From Armatimonadota bacterium (GTDB lineage Bacteria; Armatimonadota; SYMT01), in the NCBI GenBank assembly GCA_041690135.1, contig JAWLHY010000004.1, positions 384,001-448,000 on the forward strand: DNA of 64,000 bases, read 5' to 3'. The stretch's first letter is position 1. Every line of letters starts with the position of its first letter. This document shows positions 28,398-38,056 of the stretch, one piece after another. A program made the translations under genes and the position numbers. Below the pieces are notes generated by a model. That model saw only the letters and a list, made by a program, of their open reading frames with translations. It was not told where the DNA came from and made no database searches.

Positions 28398-29732
28398 ATG
28401 AAAAAACAATTGATCCTTTGCGCACTGATGCTTCCGCTCGCTGGCTGCGCCGAGCGAGCCGAAATGGCCCCACAGGTCGGGCAGCGAACCGAACCGCTCA
28501 CGTTGAGCTACCGTTTGGCGCAGCAGGAGCCGATCCAATACCGGATCACCATCAACGGCGAAAGCACCGGGGCTTACCGCCAGCAGGACCAGACCCAACC
28601 GGGTCAGCAAACCCAACCGGGTCAGCAACCTCAGCAGGGTCAGCAGGACCCGGCTTCCGGCCAGATGCCGCGCTCTGTGCAGGCACAGTTTGAAAGCGAA
28701 ATGCTCGTACAGCAGTCCGTCATGGCGATGAACGGACAGATGCGGGACAACCAGGCGGCCACGGAAGCTCCGGGCCAGGACCCGCTCAACCAGACCCAGC
28801 CGGGGCAGACCCCGATAACGGATCAGGCCACCGAAGACCCGATGGCGCAACCCCAGGCGACCGACCCCGCCGCCGAGAATCAGGCGGGAACCACGCCCAT
28901 GGCCGGCACGGAGCAGTTCCAGCTCCAGCAGCAGATCCAGAACTGGACGGCCACGGTCCAGATGCCCGAGGGGATGACTCCCAACCAGTACACCGCCCAG
29001 TACCAGAACGGCGAAATGAACATTAACGCCGGGAACACACCGGTGAATCTGCCGCCGCGCTATCGCGACATGGTGACGCAGACACTCCAGCAGCCGGTGG
29101 TGGCGGTCGTGACGCAAAAGGGTGAGGTGCGCGAGGTGCGCTGGCCGGTGCCGTCCACCCTCCCGATGCGCGATCAGGGTGCCGATAATCAGCCGGGGAC
29201 GCAATTCCAGCGGGTGACGACCAACTCCCTGGGTGCGCTGAACCTCTGGTTCGGCATGGTTCGCCTGCCGGACCAGCCGGTAACCGTCGGCGAGACCTGG
29301 AGCGCTAATGAGCGGTTGCCGGTGCGGTTCGGAGACCGTGCGGGCGCCCAGTACCATATGCAGCGGGAGGCCCAGTACACGCTGCGGGATGTTACCGGCA
29401 CGGGCAGCCAGCGCCAGGCGGTGATCGGCGTCAACGAAACCCTACGCCTTTTCCGCGGTGCGGAGGGCTCGACCAGTGGCAACCAGGCGCCGGAACTGAT
29501 TCAGACCCGAAACGGGACGGTGAACTTCAGCCTCGACCGCGGGATGATCGACAGCGCAAACCAGGAGTTCAACGTCTCCTGGAACAGCAACTTCCGGCCC
29601 ACCCAGACTGGTAACCAGAACCGGACGGTGGCCACGGGCGGTCAGGCCCAGGGCACCATCCGGATGGAGCACGTAACGGGTAACACCACGACCACAACCA
29701 CGCCGCAGACAGAGATGCCGGCGGGGCAATAA
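28398..29732 (+). CDS. Gln-rich lipoprotein
   Basis: MKKQLILCALMLPLAGC lipobox; QTQPGQ repeats; LPDQPVTVGETWS. Confidence 0.85.
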   Translation: MKKQLILCALMLPLAGCAERAEMAPQVGQRTEPLTLSYRLAQQEPIQYRITINGESTGAYRQQDQTQPGQQTQPGQQPQQGQQDPASGQMPRSVQAQFESEMLVQQSVMAMNGQMRDNQAATEAPGQDPLNQTQPGQTPITDQATEDPMAQPQATDPAAENQAGTTPMAGTEQFQLQQQIQNWTATVQMPEGMTPNQYTAQYQNGEMNINAGNTPVNLPPRYRDMVTQTLQQPVVAVVTQKGEVREVRWPVPSTLPMRDQGADNQPGTQFQRVTTNSLGALNLWFGMVRLPDQPVTVGETWSANERLPVRFGDRAGAQYHMQREAQYTLRDVTGTGSQRQAVIGVNETLRLFRGAEGSTSGNQAPELIQTRNGTVNFSLDRGMIDSANQEFNVSWNSNFRPTQTGNQNRTVATGGQAQGTIRMEHVTGNTTTTTTPQTEMPAGQ

Positions 29733-29753
29733 CATCCTGAATGGATGAATGAG

Positions 29754-29796
29754 AAAAAGGGGGAACGGGAGAAGGGAAGCCCGTTCCCCCCTTTTT
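29754..29796. terminator. Bidirectional terminator between convergent genes
   Basis: aaaaagggggaacggg...cccgttcccccttttt. Confidence 0.85.
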
Positions 29797-29800
29797 GCCC

Positions 29801-30613
29801 CTACACTTTCGTCGCCTTCAGACTGAACTGGAAAGGAGCGGCATTCTCTTTGCCGGGCACGTAGTAGGTGCCGTCGTCCCGGCGTTGCATCGCGGCGAGT
29901 TGACCGAAGCACTGGTCAGGAAATTCGTGGAGATATTCCAGGCGCAGCCCCGCCTCGCAAACCGCCGTGACGACCTGACCCAGGGTATGCGGCCACTCGT
30001 AAGTCACCAGGTGCTTCCGCGGCGCCGGTCCGGCCGCGTAGCTCTGCTCGTCTTCCCACCGTTCCGGCTCGCCGGTGCCGAAGTAGGGATAGCGGGCTAC
30101 TAACTCCCCATCCTGCCGCTCGTCGTCGAAGATCAGGCCCGCCGGGTGGATCTCCCGCAGGTAGAGAAATCCCCCCGGCTGGAGGAAGTGTGCCACGATC
30201 CGCGCCCACTCCCGGATATCCCGGAGCCAGCAGAGCGCCCCGCCGCCGGTGTAGACGATCTCCCAGCTTCCTTTGAGCGTCTCTCGCAGCGCGTAAAGAT
30301 CGGACTCCACGAACGCGGCCGGGATCTGCAACTCTTCACTCAGGTTGCGCGCCAGCCGGATCGCTTCCCCGGAGAAATCGACGCCGGTCACCCGGGCTCC
30401 CCGGCGCGCCCACGAGAGGGTATCCATCCCGAAGTGGCATTGCAGGTGCAGCAAGGACTTCCCCTCCACCGCCCCCATCTCCGCCACTTCGACCGGACGC
30501 AGGCTGCACGCGCCCCGCTTGAACCCTTCCAGATCGTAGAAAGCGGAGTCGCAGTGCAACGGGACCAGCTCGTCCCAATGCGCCAGGTTGGCCCGGGTGT
30601 AATCGTCCATCAC
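29801..30613 (-). CDS. Class I SAM-dependent methyltransferase
   Basis: LLHLQCHFGMDTLS...VTGVDFS...LQPGG. Confidence 0.92.
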   Translation of the reverse strand: MMDDYTRANLAHWDELVPLHCDSAFYDLEGFKRGACSLRPVEVAEMGAVEGKSLLHLQCHFGMDTLSWARRGARVTGVDFSGEAIRLARNLSEELQIPAAFVESDLYALRETLKGSWEIVYTGGGALCWLRDIREWARIVAHFLQPGGFLYLREIHPAGLIFDDERQDGELVARYPYFGTGEPERWEDEQSYAAGPAPRKHLVTYEWPHTLGQVVTAVCEAGLRLEYLHEFPDQCFGQLAAMQRRDDGTYYVPGKENAAPFQFSLKATKV

Positions 30614-31734
30614 CGCCGCCGGATCACCGTCGCATCGAGGAAGCGGATCACCCCGATGCTCCCGCGCCGCACCACGCTGGTGATGATCCGGCTGTTTTCG
30701 GGCACCCGGTCGATCGTGGTCGCCCGCCCGTTCACCTGGATGCGGGAGCCTGCATTGGCCTTCAACAGGGAGGGTTGGGCGACCCCGGCATCCTGCAGGG
30801 TGAGCGTCTGGCTCGCGGCGCCCGCCGTCCCGGCACGGGCCAGGAAAATCTCCGGAAGCGGAGTGCGGGCGCTAACGAGTGTCACCGCCGGGAGGCTGTC
30901 GCTCTCGGCGCGCGAATCCACCACCACGTCCATGCCGGGCTGCAGATCACTCAGGCGGGCATCCTGGAAGTCCAGGTTCACGTCGGCGTCGTCCCCGATG
31001 GTGAGGTTGACGGTCTGGCGACCGCGCTTCACCACCAGCAGATCCTGTTCAGGATCGACGCTGCCGACCTTTCCCTGGACCCGCTCCAGGCCGCTGAACG
31101 CCTCGATTCGCACCGGCACGTTCCCTTCGGGAAGGTAGTGGATCCGGGCCTTCTTGCGGCGCAGCGAGCGCGCCTCGGTTGCGAGGTCCACCGGGTTGCC
31201 GTCCAGCGTCACCGCCGTCTGCTCCGACAACCGGAGGCGCATCGTGCCGCGGAACGGCACGAACACCACCACCTGCGAAACGCCCCGGCGAGTTACGGCG
31301 GCATTGATCGTGCCGTTCACCTCGAACAGTGACTCGACGTAGACCACATCCGCCGGACCGGAAGCCAGGCTGCCCCGGGCTTCCACGAACCGGCCGACCA
31401 GGGTAGAGGGGTCCGCGGCGAACGCGGCCTCGGCGGCGTCTTCGGCCGGATTGGCGACCGCATCGTCGTCGTCCAGTTCGAAGCGGGTCGAGCCGGAGAG
31501 GTCGACCGTCGTCTGCCCGCTGCCGGTGCGGATCTGAAGCTCCGGAGCGTCCGGGAGGCCGTTCACGGCGGTCACCACCCCGAGGAGGCTGCCGGTCTCC
31601 GGCGCCTGGGCGGGAGCGGGGGTAACCGTAAGAGCGAGGGTGAGCGCGGCCGCTCCGGCGGCGGCGCGACGGGCGCCGCGAGAGCGCAAAGAGCGAGAGG
31701 TAAAAGGAGTTGGCTGCATACGCTTATTATGCAA
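30610..31734 (-). CDS. Secreted protein with repeated OB-fold (DUF5666-like) modules
   Basis: Signal peptide; repeats of GKVGSVD...L.V...LSDLQPGMDVVV. Confidence 0.7.
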   Translation of the reverse strand: MHNKRMQPTPFTSRSLRSRGARRAAAGAAALTLALTVTPAPAQAPETGSLLGVVTAVNGLPDAPELQIRTGSGQTTVDLSGSTRFELDDDDAVANPAEDAAEAAFAADPSTLVGRFVEARGSLASGPADVVYVESLFEVNGTINAAVTRRGVSQVVVFVPFRGTMRLRLSEQTAVTLDGNPVDLATEARSLRRKKARIHYLPEGNVPVRIEAFSGLERVQGKVGSVDPEQDLLVVKRGRQTVNLTIGDDADVNLDFQDARLSDLQPGMDVVVDSRAESDSLPAVTLVSARTPLPEIFLARAGTAGAASQTLTLQDAGVAQPSLLKANAGSRIQVNGRATTIDRVPENSRIITSVVRRGSIGVIRFLDATVIRRR

Positions 31735-31761
31735 GCCGCTGCCCGGTCTGCCCGCCCCGGA

Positions 31762-32712
31762 TTAGCCGCCCTGGGTTTTGCCCAGCGCCCGGTAGAGCTC
31801 GCGGGAGGTCCGCCAGAGGGCCGGAATCTGCCCCGGCCGCCCCTTCACGCACTGCGCGAGGAGGCGCGTGAGCCCCCGGTGGAGGCAGGCGAACCGCACG
31901 CCTACCACGCCGCGCAGCCCGTACCAGCGAGCGAAGTACCGGTAGCGATCCTGCCAGAGCTGGCGCTCCTTCCAGGGGGCCGTCTCCACGCTGGCGCTCC
32001 CATGATGGAGCACTTTGGGTTCGGGCAGGTAGACCAGCTTCCATCCCGCTGCGCGGAGGCGGCGGCACCAATCCACGTCGTTGTAGAACAGGAAAAGCGA
32101 CTCGTCCATCTCGCCCACCTGCCGGTACGCTTCCCCGCGAATAACGAGGCAGGTGGTCTGGGTGGTCGCCACCTCTTGCTCGCGGGAGAAGTCGAAGCGG
32201 GGTAAACTCCACTCGCGAAAGGGCCAGGCGCCTGGGAAGAGGAGGTGGAACCCGGAGTCGCGCAGCCAGGCCATCACCAGCGTGTGCTCCGGCGAAAGCG
32301 TCGGCTGAGGTAGACCATCGGTCCCCACGTTGCAGGGCGTCACCGCGCCGACCTGCGGGTGCTCGTCCAGGTACCGCACCAACCCGGCCAGGGTCTCTGG
32401 ATAGACCTCGGCATCGGAGTTGAGCCAGCAGACGTGCCGCCCCCGGTGCTCCCGCAGGCCCAGGTTGTTGGCCGCCGCATAGCCCACGTTCCGCTCGGAG
32501 CGGATCCACCGCACCTCCGGAAACCGTTCCCGGACCGTGGACAGATCTTCCGGAGACGCATTGTCCACCACTGTCGCCTCCCACGCTACCCCTACGGATC
32601 CGCGCAGGCTCCCCAGGCACTGCTCCAGCAGATCCGCCCGGTTATAGGCGGGGATGACGATGGAAACGTCCAAGGGCGTTGGGCCACCCCTCGGGTGGTA
32701 AACATTGGGCAT
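31762..32712 (-). CDS. Glycosyltransferase family 2
   Basis: VSIVIPAYN, VVDNAS, WLNSD and FLFYNDVD motifs; true start may be the TTG at 32673. Confidence 0.93.
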   Translation of the reverse strand: MPNVYHPRGGPTPLDVSIVIPAYNRADLLEQCLGSLRGSVGVAWEATVVDNASPEDLSTVRERFPEVRWIRSERNVGYAAANNLGLREHRGRHVCWLNSDAEVYPETLAGLVRYLDEHPQVGAVTPCNVGTDGLPQPTLSPEHTLVMAWLRDSGFHLLFPGAWPFREWSLPRFDFSREQEVATTQTTCLVIRGEAYRQVGEMDESLFLFYNDVDWCRRLRAAGWKLVYLPEPKVLHHGSASVETAPWKERQLWQDRYRYFARWYGLRGVVGVRFACLHRGLTRLLAQCVKGRPGQIPALWRTSRELYRALGKTQGG

Positions 32713-33084
32713 TAGGCGCTCAGGTGTTCAGGCTAAAGGAGCGCGGACGTCCCGTCCGCCGGTGTTCAGGTTTTCAGGCATTCGGGTGCTCGGTGGTCGG
32801 GTGCCCTATGGACGCGACTGTTTGCCTGTTCAGGCGAAATCGGTTCGGACGCTACCACACTTCCTCACCCCACCACCCGTTTTCCCCCGCCGATCGCGGG
32901 CGGCTCTAGCAGAGCAAAGCGCGCACCAGCTGGCCGGGCCTCACCCTCCTACTCCTACTCCTACTCCTACTCCTACTCTTACTCTTACTCTTACGCTTAA
33001 TCCTACTCCCGCCCACCGCTTCCGTCTCCTGCTCTCCGCCCAGCGCCCGAATGCCCAATGTTTACCACCCGAGGGGTGGCCCAA
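32679..33084. repeat. Perfect 35-bp inverted repeat pair enclosing SSR-rich DNA
   Basis: 32679-32713 ttgggccacccctcgggtggtaaacattgggcatt is the reverse complement of 33050-33084; CCTACT/CTTACT array at 32948-33007. Confidence 0.9.
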
Positions 33085-33182
33085 TGCCCAATGCCTGAAC
33101 GCCCATTGCCTCCCGGCATGGCCGGGACGGAAGGCCGTGTGGTAAAACCTTCCCGTATCCGACGGTAAGGAGATGAAGCCCG

Positions 33183-33872
33183 ATGCCTGTACTCCGTTTC
33201 CTGGGACATTCCGCCTGCGAGGTTAGCGAGGGCGACACGCGGGTGCTGATCGATCCGTTTCTCACGGGTAATCCACTGGGGGCCGTCCCCGCGGCGGAGC
33301 TGGACCCCACGGCCATCCTGCTGACCCACGCGCACAACGACCACCTGGGTGACGCGCAGGCGATCGCCCAACGGACCGGCGCCATGGTCGTCGGCATCTT
33401 CGAGATCGCGACCTACCTGGGCAATCAGGGGTTACAGACCCACGGTATGAGCATCGGTGGGGCCTACGAGTTCCCGTGGGGCTGGGTCAAGCTCACCCAG
33501 GCGTGGCACGGCAGCACCTATATCGACGACCAGGGCCAGTTCCACACCCTCGGCACGCCCGCGGGCATCCTGCTCCGGGTGGGCGGCAAAACGCTCTACC
33601 ACGCGGGCGACACAGGCCTGTTCGGCGACATGGCGCTGATCGGGCGCCACGGCATCGACCTTGCGCTCCTCCCTATCGGCGACAACTTCACCATGGGTCC
33701 CGACGACGCGCTGGAAGCCGTGAAGCTGCTGAAGCCGAAGGCCGTGGTCCCGATCCACTACAACACGTTTCCGCCGATCCGGCAAGACCCCCACGCCTGG
33801 GCGGAGCGGGTCCACGCAGAGACGGACGCCCGGTGCACGGTGCTGGAGCCGGGTCAGGACATCACCTACTGA
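33183..33872 (+). CDS. UPF0173 metallo-beta-lactamase-fold hydrolase
   Basis: THAHNDH, HAGDT, PIGDNFTM and PIHYNTF motifs. Confidence 0.93.
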   Translation: MPVLRFLGHSACEVSEGDTRVLIDPFLTGNPLGAVPAAELDPTAILLTHAHNDHLGDAQAIAQRTGAMVVGIFEIATYLGNQGLQTHGMSIGGAYEFPWGWVKLTQAWHGSTYIDDQGQFHTLGTPAGILLRVGGKTLYHAGDTGLFGDMALIGRHGIDLALLPIGDNFTMGPDDALEAVKLLKPKAVVPIHYNTFPPIRQDPHAWAERVHAETDARCTVLEPGQDITY

Positions 33873-34660
33873 TGCGAATCCTGGTCACCAACGACGACGG
33901 CGCGCAGGCCGAGGGGCTCGTCGCTCTGAAGCAGGCGCTGGAGCAGTTCGCGGAGGTTACGGTGGTGGCGCCGGACCGGCCGCGCTCCGCCTGTGGGCAC
34001 AGCATCACTCTCCATAAGCCGCTTCGCCTGAGCGAGACCATGCTTCCGGACGGTACCCCCGGCTGGGTCGGCAGCGGCACGCCCTCGGACTGCGTTACCC
34101 TGGGCATCCTGGACGTGATGCAAGAGGCCCCGCCGGACCTGCTGTTCTCCGGGATCAACCACGGCCCGAACCTGGGATGGGACCTGCTGTACAGCGGCAC
34201 CGTCTCCGCGGCCATGGAAGGGGCCATTGCCGGCATTCCGGCCGTTGCGATCTCGGTCGCGTGGCGGTTCCGGCGGATGGTCGAGGAGGAAGAGGGACCG
34301 GCGCCCCCGATCGACTTCACGCACGCCGCGGCCTATGCCGCCGAGCTGGCGCGGACCCTGGAGAAGAACCCGCTGCCCCCGCACACACTGTTGAACGTCA
34401 ACGTGCCGTATCTGGAGCCGAAAGGCGTCCGGGTCACCCGGCAGGGGGTGCGCCGGTATCCCGCCAAGCTCGATAAGCGCGTCGACCCGATGGGGCGCAA
34501 TTACTACTGGCTGGGCGGCGACGATCCGGTGGACGAGCCGATCGAGGGCACGGACGTGGAGGCGATCCGCGCCCAATACATCTCGGTGACGCCCGTCCAC
34601 CTCGATCTCACCGCCACCCCCTTGCTGGAGCGATACGCCTCGCTGGCCGTGGACTGGTAA
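33872..34660 (+). CDS. surE: 5'/3'-nucleotidase SurE
   Basis: MRILVTNDDG, GTPSDCV, SGINHGPNLG, YSGTVSAAMEG; TGATG coupling to the upstream gene. Confidence 0.97.
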   Translation: MRILVTNDDGAQAEGLVALKQALEQFAEVTVVAPDRPRSACGHSITLHKPLRLSETMLPDGTPGWVGSGTPSDCVTLGILDVMQEAPPDLLFSGINHGPNLGWDLLYSGTVSAAMEGAIAGIPAVAISVAWRFRRMVEEEEGPAPPIDFTHAAAYAAELARTLEKNPLPPHTLLNVNVPYLEPKGVRVTRQGVRRYPAKLDKRVDPMGRNYYWLGGDDPVDEPIEGTDVEAIRAQYISVTPVHLDLTATPLLERYASLAVDW

Positions 34661-34664
34661 GGCG

Positions 34665-35429
34665 TTACGGTTTCTCGATCCAGCAGAGTACGTGGGTCCG
34701 CAGCAGCGGCACCGCGTTGAAAACGTGGTAGAGCGACGGGTGGATGCGGGTGATCCGGCGGCTGATGGGCGGGGCCAGGGTCAACCGCCAGTAGCGCATC
34801 CGCCCCTCCGGAAACAGCTCCCGCACGCGGCCCAGCGACACCCCCTTCACGTCCCGGTTGGCCGGGTTATCGTAGATGAAGTCGTACCAGAGGACTCCGC
34901 CTCCGGGGCGCACCCACTCCCACATCCGGCTCGCCAGGCGCTCCTGGAACCCGGTGTCCAGGAGGGAAGTGAAAACGGTGGACTGGAACACCACGTCGAA
35001 CGACGCGGGTTCCAGCGGCAGCGTGCTGGCATCACCCGCCAGGATTTGCGTCGCGGCGGGTAGCTGAGCGCGAGCCCGCGCCACGCGATCCTCCAGCAGA
35101 TCATTGCCCACCAGGTTCTCCGCCCGGAACCCCAGGCGGAGCAACTGGAGCAGGTTGCCCCCAGACCCACAGCCGATCTCGATCAACCGGCGCTCTCCCA
35201 CGGGCGCCAGGCCGGCCTCCCGGACCCACCGGACCAGCGCCCGCTCCTTCTCCTGCATGCCGAGGTGGACCTCGGGCCGGTAGAGCTCAGCACCGGACCG
35301 GGCCGCCTGGCGGGCGTACCGGCGGGCGTACCGCTCCCGCACGCGAGCGGTTTCGGCGACCGAACCGTCGCCCAACGAGGAGGCGATCAGCGTATCCGCG
35401 CGTCGATCTTCAGGTTCAAAGGTGATCAC
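34665..35429 (-). CDS. Class I SAM methyltransferase (polysaccharide-locus type)
   Basis: IEIGCGSGGN, FDVVFQSTVFTS, PGGGVLWYD. Confidence 0.9.
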   Translation of the reverse strand: MITFEPEDRRADTLIASSLGDGSVAETARVRERYARRYARQAARSGAELYRPEVHLGMQEKERALVRWVREAGLAPVGERRLIEIGCGSGGNLLQLLRLGFRAENLVGNDLLEDRVARARAQLPAATQILAGDASTLPLEPASFDVVFQSTVFTSLLDTGFQERLASRMWEWVRPGGGVLWYDFIYDNPANRDVKGVSLGRVRELFPEGRMRYWRLTLAPPISRRITRIHPSLYHVFNAVPLLRTHVLCWIEKP

Positions 35430-36162
35430 GGTTGATGAGCTTCCGGGCCGGAGCCCGCAGGCCGACGGCCACCAGGGCCGTGGCAAAGAGAATGCGAAGG
35501 TCCAGAAGGAGCGTGCGCCGGCGAGCGTATTCCAGGTCGAGCGCCAGCTTCTGGGGCATCACCTCCTGGAGGTACGCCTGTTCCACGTCGGCACGGCCGC
35601 GCAGCAGCTCTTCCTCGTCCACGTAGAGGAGTTGGGTGAACCCCGTGATGCCCGGCGTCATCTCCAGGACCCGGCGCTGTTCCGGCGTGTAGTGGCGCAC
35701 GAACCGCTCCACTTCCGGCCGGGGGCCCACCAGCGCCATGTCTCCCCGCAGCACGTTCCAGAGCTGCGGCAACTCGTCCAGCTTGCACTTCCGCAGCACC
35801 CGACCCACCGGGGTGATCCGGTTATCGCTGCCGGCGGTGACCTGCGGGCCGGCGTTGCCCGGTCGCATCGAGCGGAACTTGTAAAGCCGGAACGGCCTCC
35901 CCCCGCGACCGATCCGCTCCTGAAGGTAGAACACCGGCCCCGGCGAGGAGAGCTTCACCGCCGCGGCGACCAGCGCCATCGGCACGGCCAGCACCGTCAG
36001 CGCGGCGCCGGAAAGGAGCACGTCCAGCCCTCGCTTCAATCCATCCGGACGGCTACCATGCGCCACTTCCGCCCTCCGAGGGGTCGAAAGCGGGGTGCCG
36101 TCCCGGCGGTCGGCGATGGGGTCGTTGGCGTCAATCGGAAGAGAGGCGGAGTTTTCGGTCAT
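35416..36162 (-). CDS. Bacterial sugar transferase (initiating phosphoglycosyl transferase)
   Basis: KRGLD, KFRSM, KLDELPQLWNVLRGDMALVGPRPE, PGITG. Confidence 0.95.
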   Translation of the reverse strand: MTENSASLPIDANDPIADRRDGTPLSTPRRAEVAHGSRPDGLKRGLDVLLSGAALTVLAVPMALVAAAVKLSSPGPVFYLQERIGRGGRPFRLYKFRSMRPGNAGPQVTAGSDNRITPVGRVLRKCKLDELPQLWNVLRGDMALVGPRPEVERFVRHYTPEQRRVLEMTPGITGFTQLLYVDEEELLRGRADVEQAYLQEVMPQKLALDLEYARRRTLLLDLRILFATALVAVGLRAPARKLINRDHL

Positions 36163-36231
36163 CGCATAAGGCTTCGCTGGGATCACGAAGCCCCTAATGC
36201 GATGACCTGACCGCGACGTGCAAGGGGTCTC

Positions 36232-37665
36232 CTATCGGGATAGGACCTGCACCAACGTGCGTCCCATCTGCCGGGCGGCGATGTCGTCTTCGCCGGTGAT
36301 GATCTTGCCGTCCACCAACACGTCATCGATGGCCGTGCCCGGCTGCCCGATCACGCCGGGAGGCGACATAATCGCGCCGTTCGCCTCGGGATGCCAGCGG
36401 CAGGAAGGCTGGGCCGGGCGGCCGTTGTAGATGCCGGCGGCAGCCTGTCGCACCGGAGCACAGACCCGTTTCCCCTGCAGCGGGCTCCGGTAGTTTACCC
36501 GCGCCCAGGCCAACACCGAGACGGCGTTGCAGAGGGCGGCGACGTACTTGTCCTGCGCGATGAACTCCCCGATGATGCGGTTGACTTCCGCTTTGGTACT
36601 GCGGTCGCCGTTGTAAGCGGGATCGTTGTAGCGGCCGTTGAACGCGTACTGGTAAGCCGAAGCGCCCCAGCCGCCGGAGAAGAGGATCGCGTCGTAGTCC
36701 GCGGCGCGGACCTGGCTCAGGGCGATGTCCGGCTGCACCACGCCTCCGTCCCCGCCTTCACCCGAGCCGGAGTGCGGACGGCAGGGAGCCCGACGGCCGG
36801 CCGCCACGGTCACGCGAAACCCGGCGCGCTCCAACTCGGCGCGCGGCTCGCTGTATTCCCGGTAAAAGAAGTGATGGTTGGCGATCACCATCAAGACCCG
36901 TCGGCCTCCACGTCCCGCGGCCGGGCGAGGGTTACTGGGCGCCCTGCCCCGCGGAGTAGTCACCGCGGGGCGGGGCGCCGGACGCGCCGGAACCGCAGGT
37001 CGCGGAGAAGCGGCCGGACGCGGGCCGCGATCCACCGAGCCGTTCAGCACCCGCAGGTCCACCGCGTGGAAGACGGTCTCGCTCTCCCAGGCCACGAGCC
37101 CGAGTTGCCGGGGATCGGGCATGGCCCAGAGATCGGGCACCGAAAGGTCGCTGCCCGTGGTGCGATGTGTCGCCACTTCCTTGCCGTCCAGCAATCCGCG
37201 GATCTGTCCCCGGCGTACCTCTACCGTGAGCGTGTAGCGCCGGCCGTTTTCCAGGCGGAAGTTCTCGCGGCGGGTGGGGTTCTCGCGGATCGTACGCCCG
37301 TTAATGTTCTGGAAGCCGGCCACATGACTGCCCCAGGCATCGACCTCAAAAACGACCTGGCGTCCCCCCTGCACGACCACCAGACCAATGGAGTGCTGAC
37401 CGGTCCGCCGCGTAAAGCTGGCGCGGAGATCGTACTCCCCGGTGGGTGCTACCGGCAGGGACAGGCGGGCGCCCTGCGCGGCGGAGACGGTCAACCCGGC
37501 GCCGGACTTCCGCCAGTTGCCGGCCACGGCGGCCCGCTGGGGCTCCACGGCGGGAAGGAGGGATTCCCAGTCTGCCTCGGCGGCGTTTGCATCACCGCGC
37601 AGCGTGACAACCGCCACCAAGATCCCGACCGCCATGAGCGCAAGCCCCAGAACGCGAGCTGCCAT
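36232..37665 (-). CDS. Secreted beta-sandwich domain plus DJ-1/PfpI domain protein
   Basis: Signal peptide, P/R linker, RVLMVIA...FYREY, YDAILFSGGWG, VAALCNA, VDGKIITG. Confidence 0.85.
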   Translation of the reverse strand: MAARVLGLALMAVGILVAVVTLRGDANAAEADWESLLPAVEPQRAAVAGNWRKSGAGLTVSAAQGARLSLPVAPTGEYDLRASFTRRTGQHSIGLVVVQGGRQVVFEVDAWGSHVAGFQNINGRTIRENPTRRENFRLENGRRYTLTVEVRRGQIRGLLDGKEVATHRTTGSDLSVPDLWAMPDPRQLGLVAWESETVFHAVDLRVLNGSVDRGPRPAASPRPAVPARPAPRPAVTTPRGRAPSNPRPAAGRGGRRVLMVIANHHFFYREYSEPRAELERAGFRVTVAAGRRAPCRPHSGSGEGGDGGVVQPDIALSQVRAADYDAILFSGGWGASAYQYAFNGRYNDPAYNGDRSTKAEVNRIIGEFIAQDKYVAALCNAVSVLAWARVNYRSPLQGKRVCAPVRQAAAGIYNGRPAQPSCRWHPEANGAIMSPPGVIGQPGTAIDDVLVDGKIITGEDDIAARQMGRTLVQVLSR

Positions 37666-38027
37666 CACTGTCGCCTTTCGTACTCCGCCAACACCCGCTT
37701 CGGCGCCCGCCTTCGCCACGCCGCCTCCAGAAGCTCACACACCAGGCCCCGGTCCGCTTGCGCCAAATCCACCCGGACCCCCAGCAACCTGCGGCCCCAC
37801 CACAGCTCCTCACACGCGGAAGCCGTCTCGGCCACCACGGCCCGGGCAGCATGCTCGTCCAGGAAGATATGCAAGTGGGTACCTTCCGGCGGTACGGTGG
37901 CGAAGATCTTCCTTCCCGCACTTCCGGCGGGCACGCGGAAGGAAGAATACTCAAAGTGCGGCTCTTCCACCGCCTCGGGCAGGGACAGCGCGAACGAGCG
38001 GGCTTCCGATAGCGTCATCTGCGGCAA
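37665..38027 (-). CDS. MmcQ/YjbR-family DNA-binding protein
   Basis: ARSFALSLPEAVEEPHF..SFRV...KIFAT...LLEAAWRRRAPK. Confidence 0.85.
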   Translation of the reverse strand: MPQMTLSEARSFALSLPEAVEEPHFEYSSFRVPAGSAGRKIFATVPPEGTHLHIFLDEHAARAVVAETASACEELWWGRRLLGVRVDLAQADRGLVCELLEAAWRRRAPKRVLAEYERRQ

Positions 38028-38056
38028 AGCTTCCTGGCAACCCCCTGGCCGACCAC

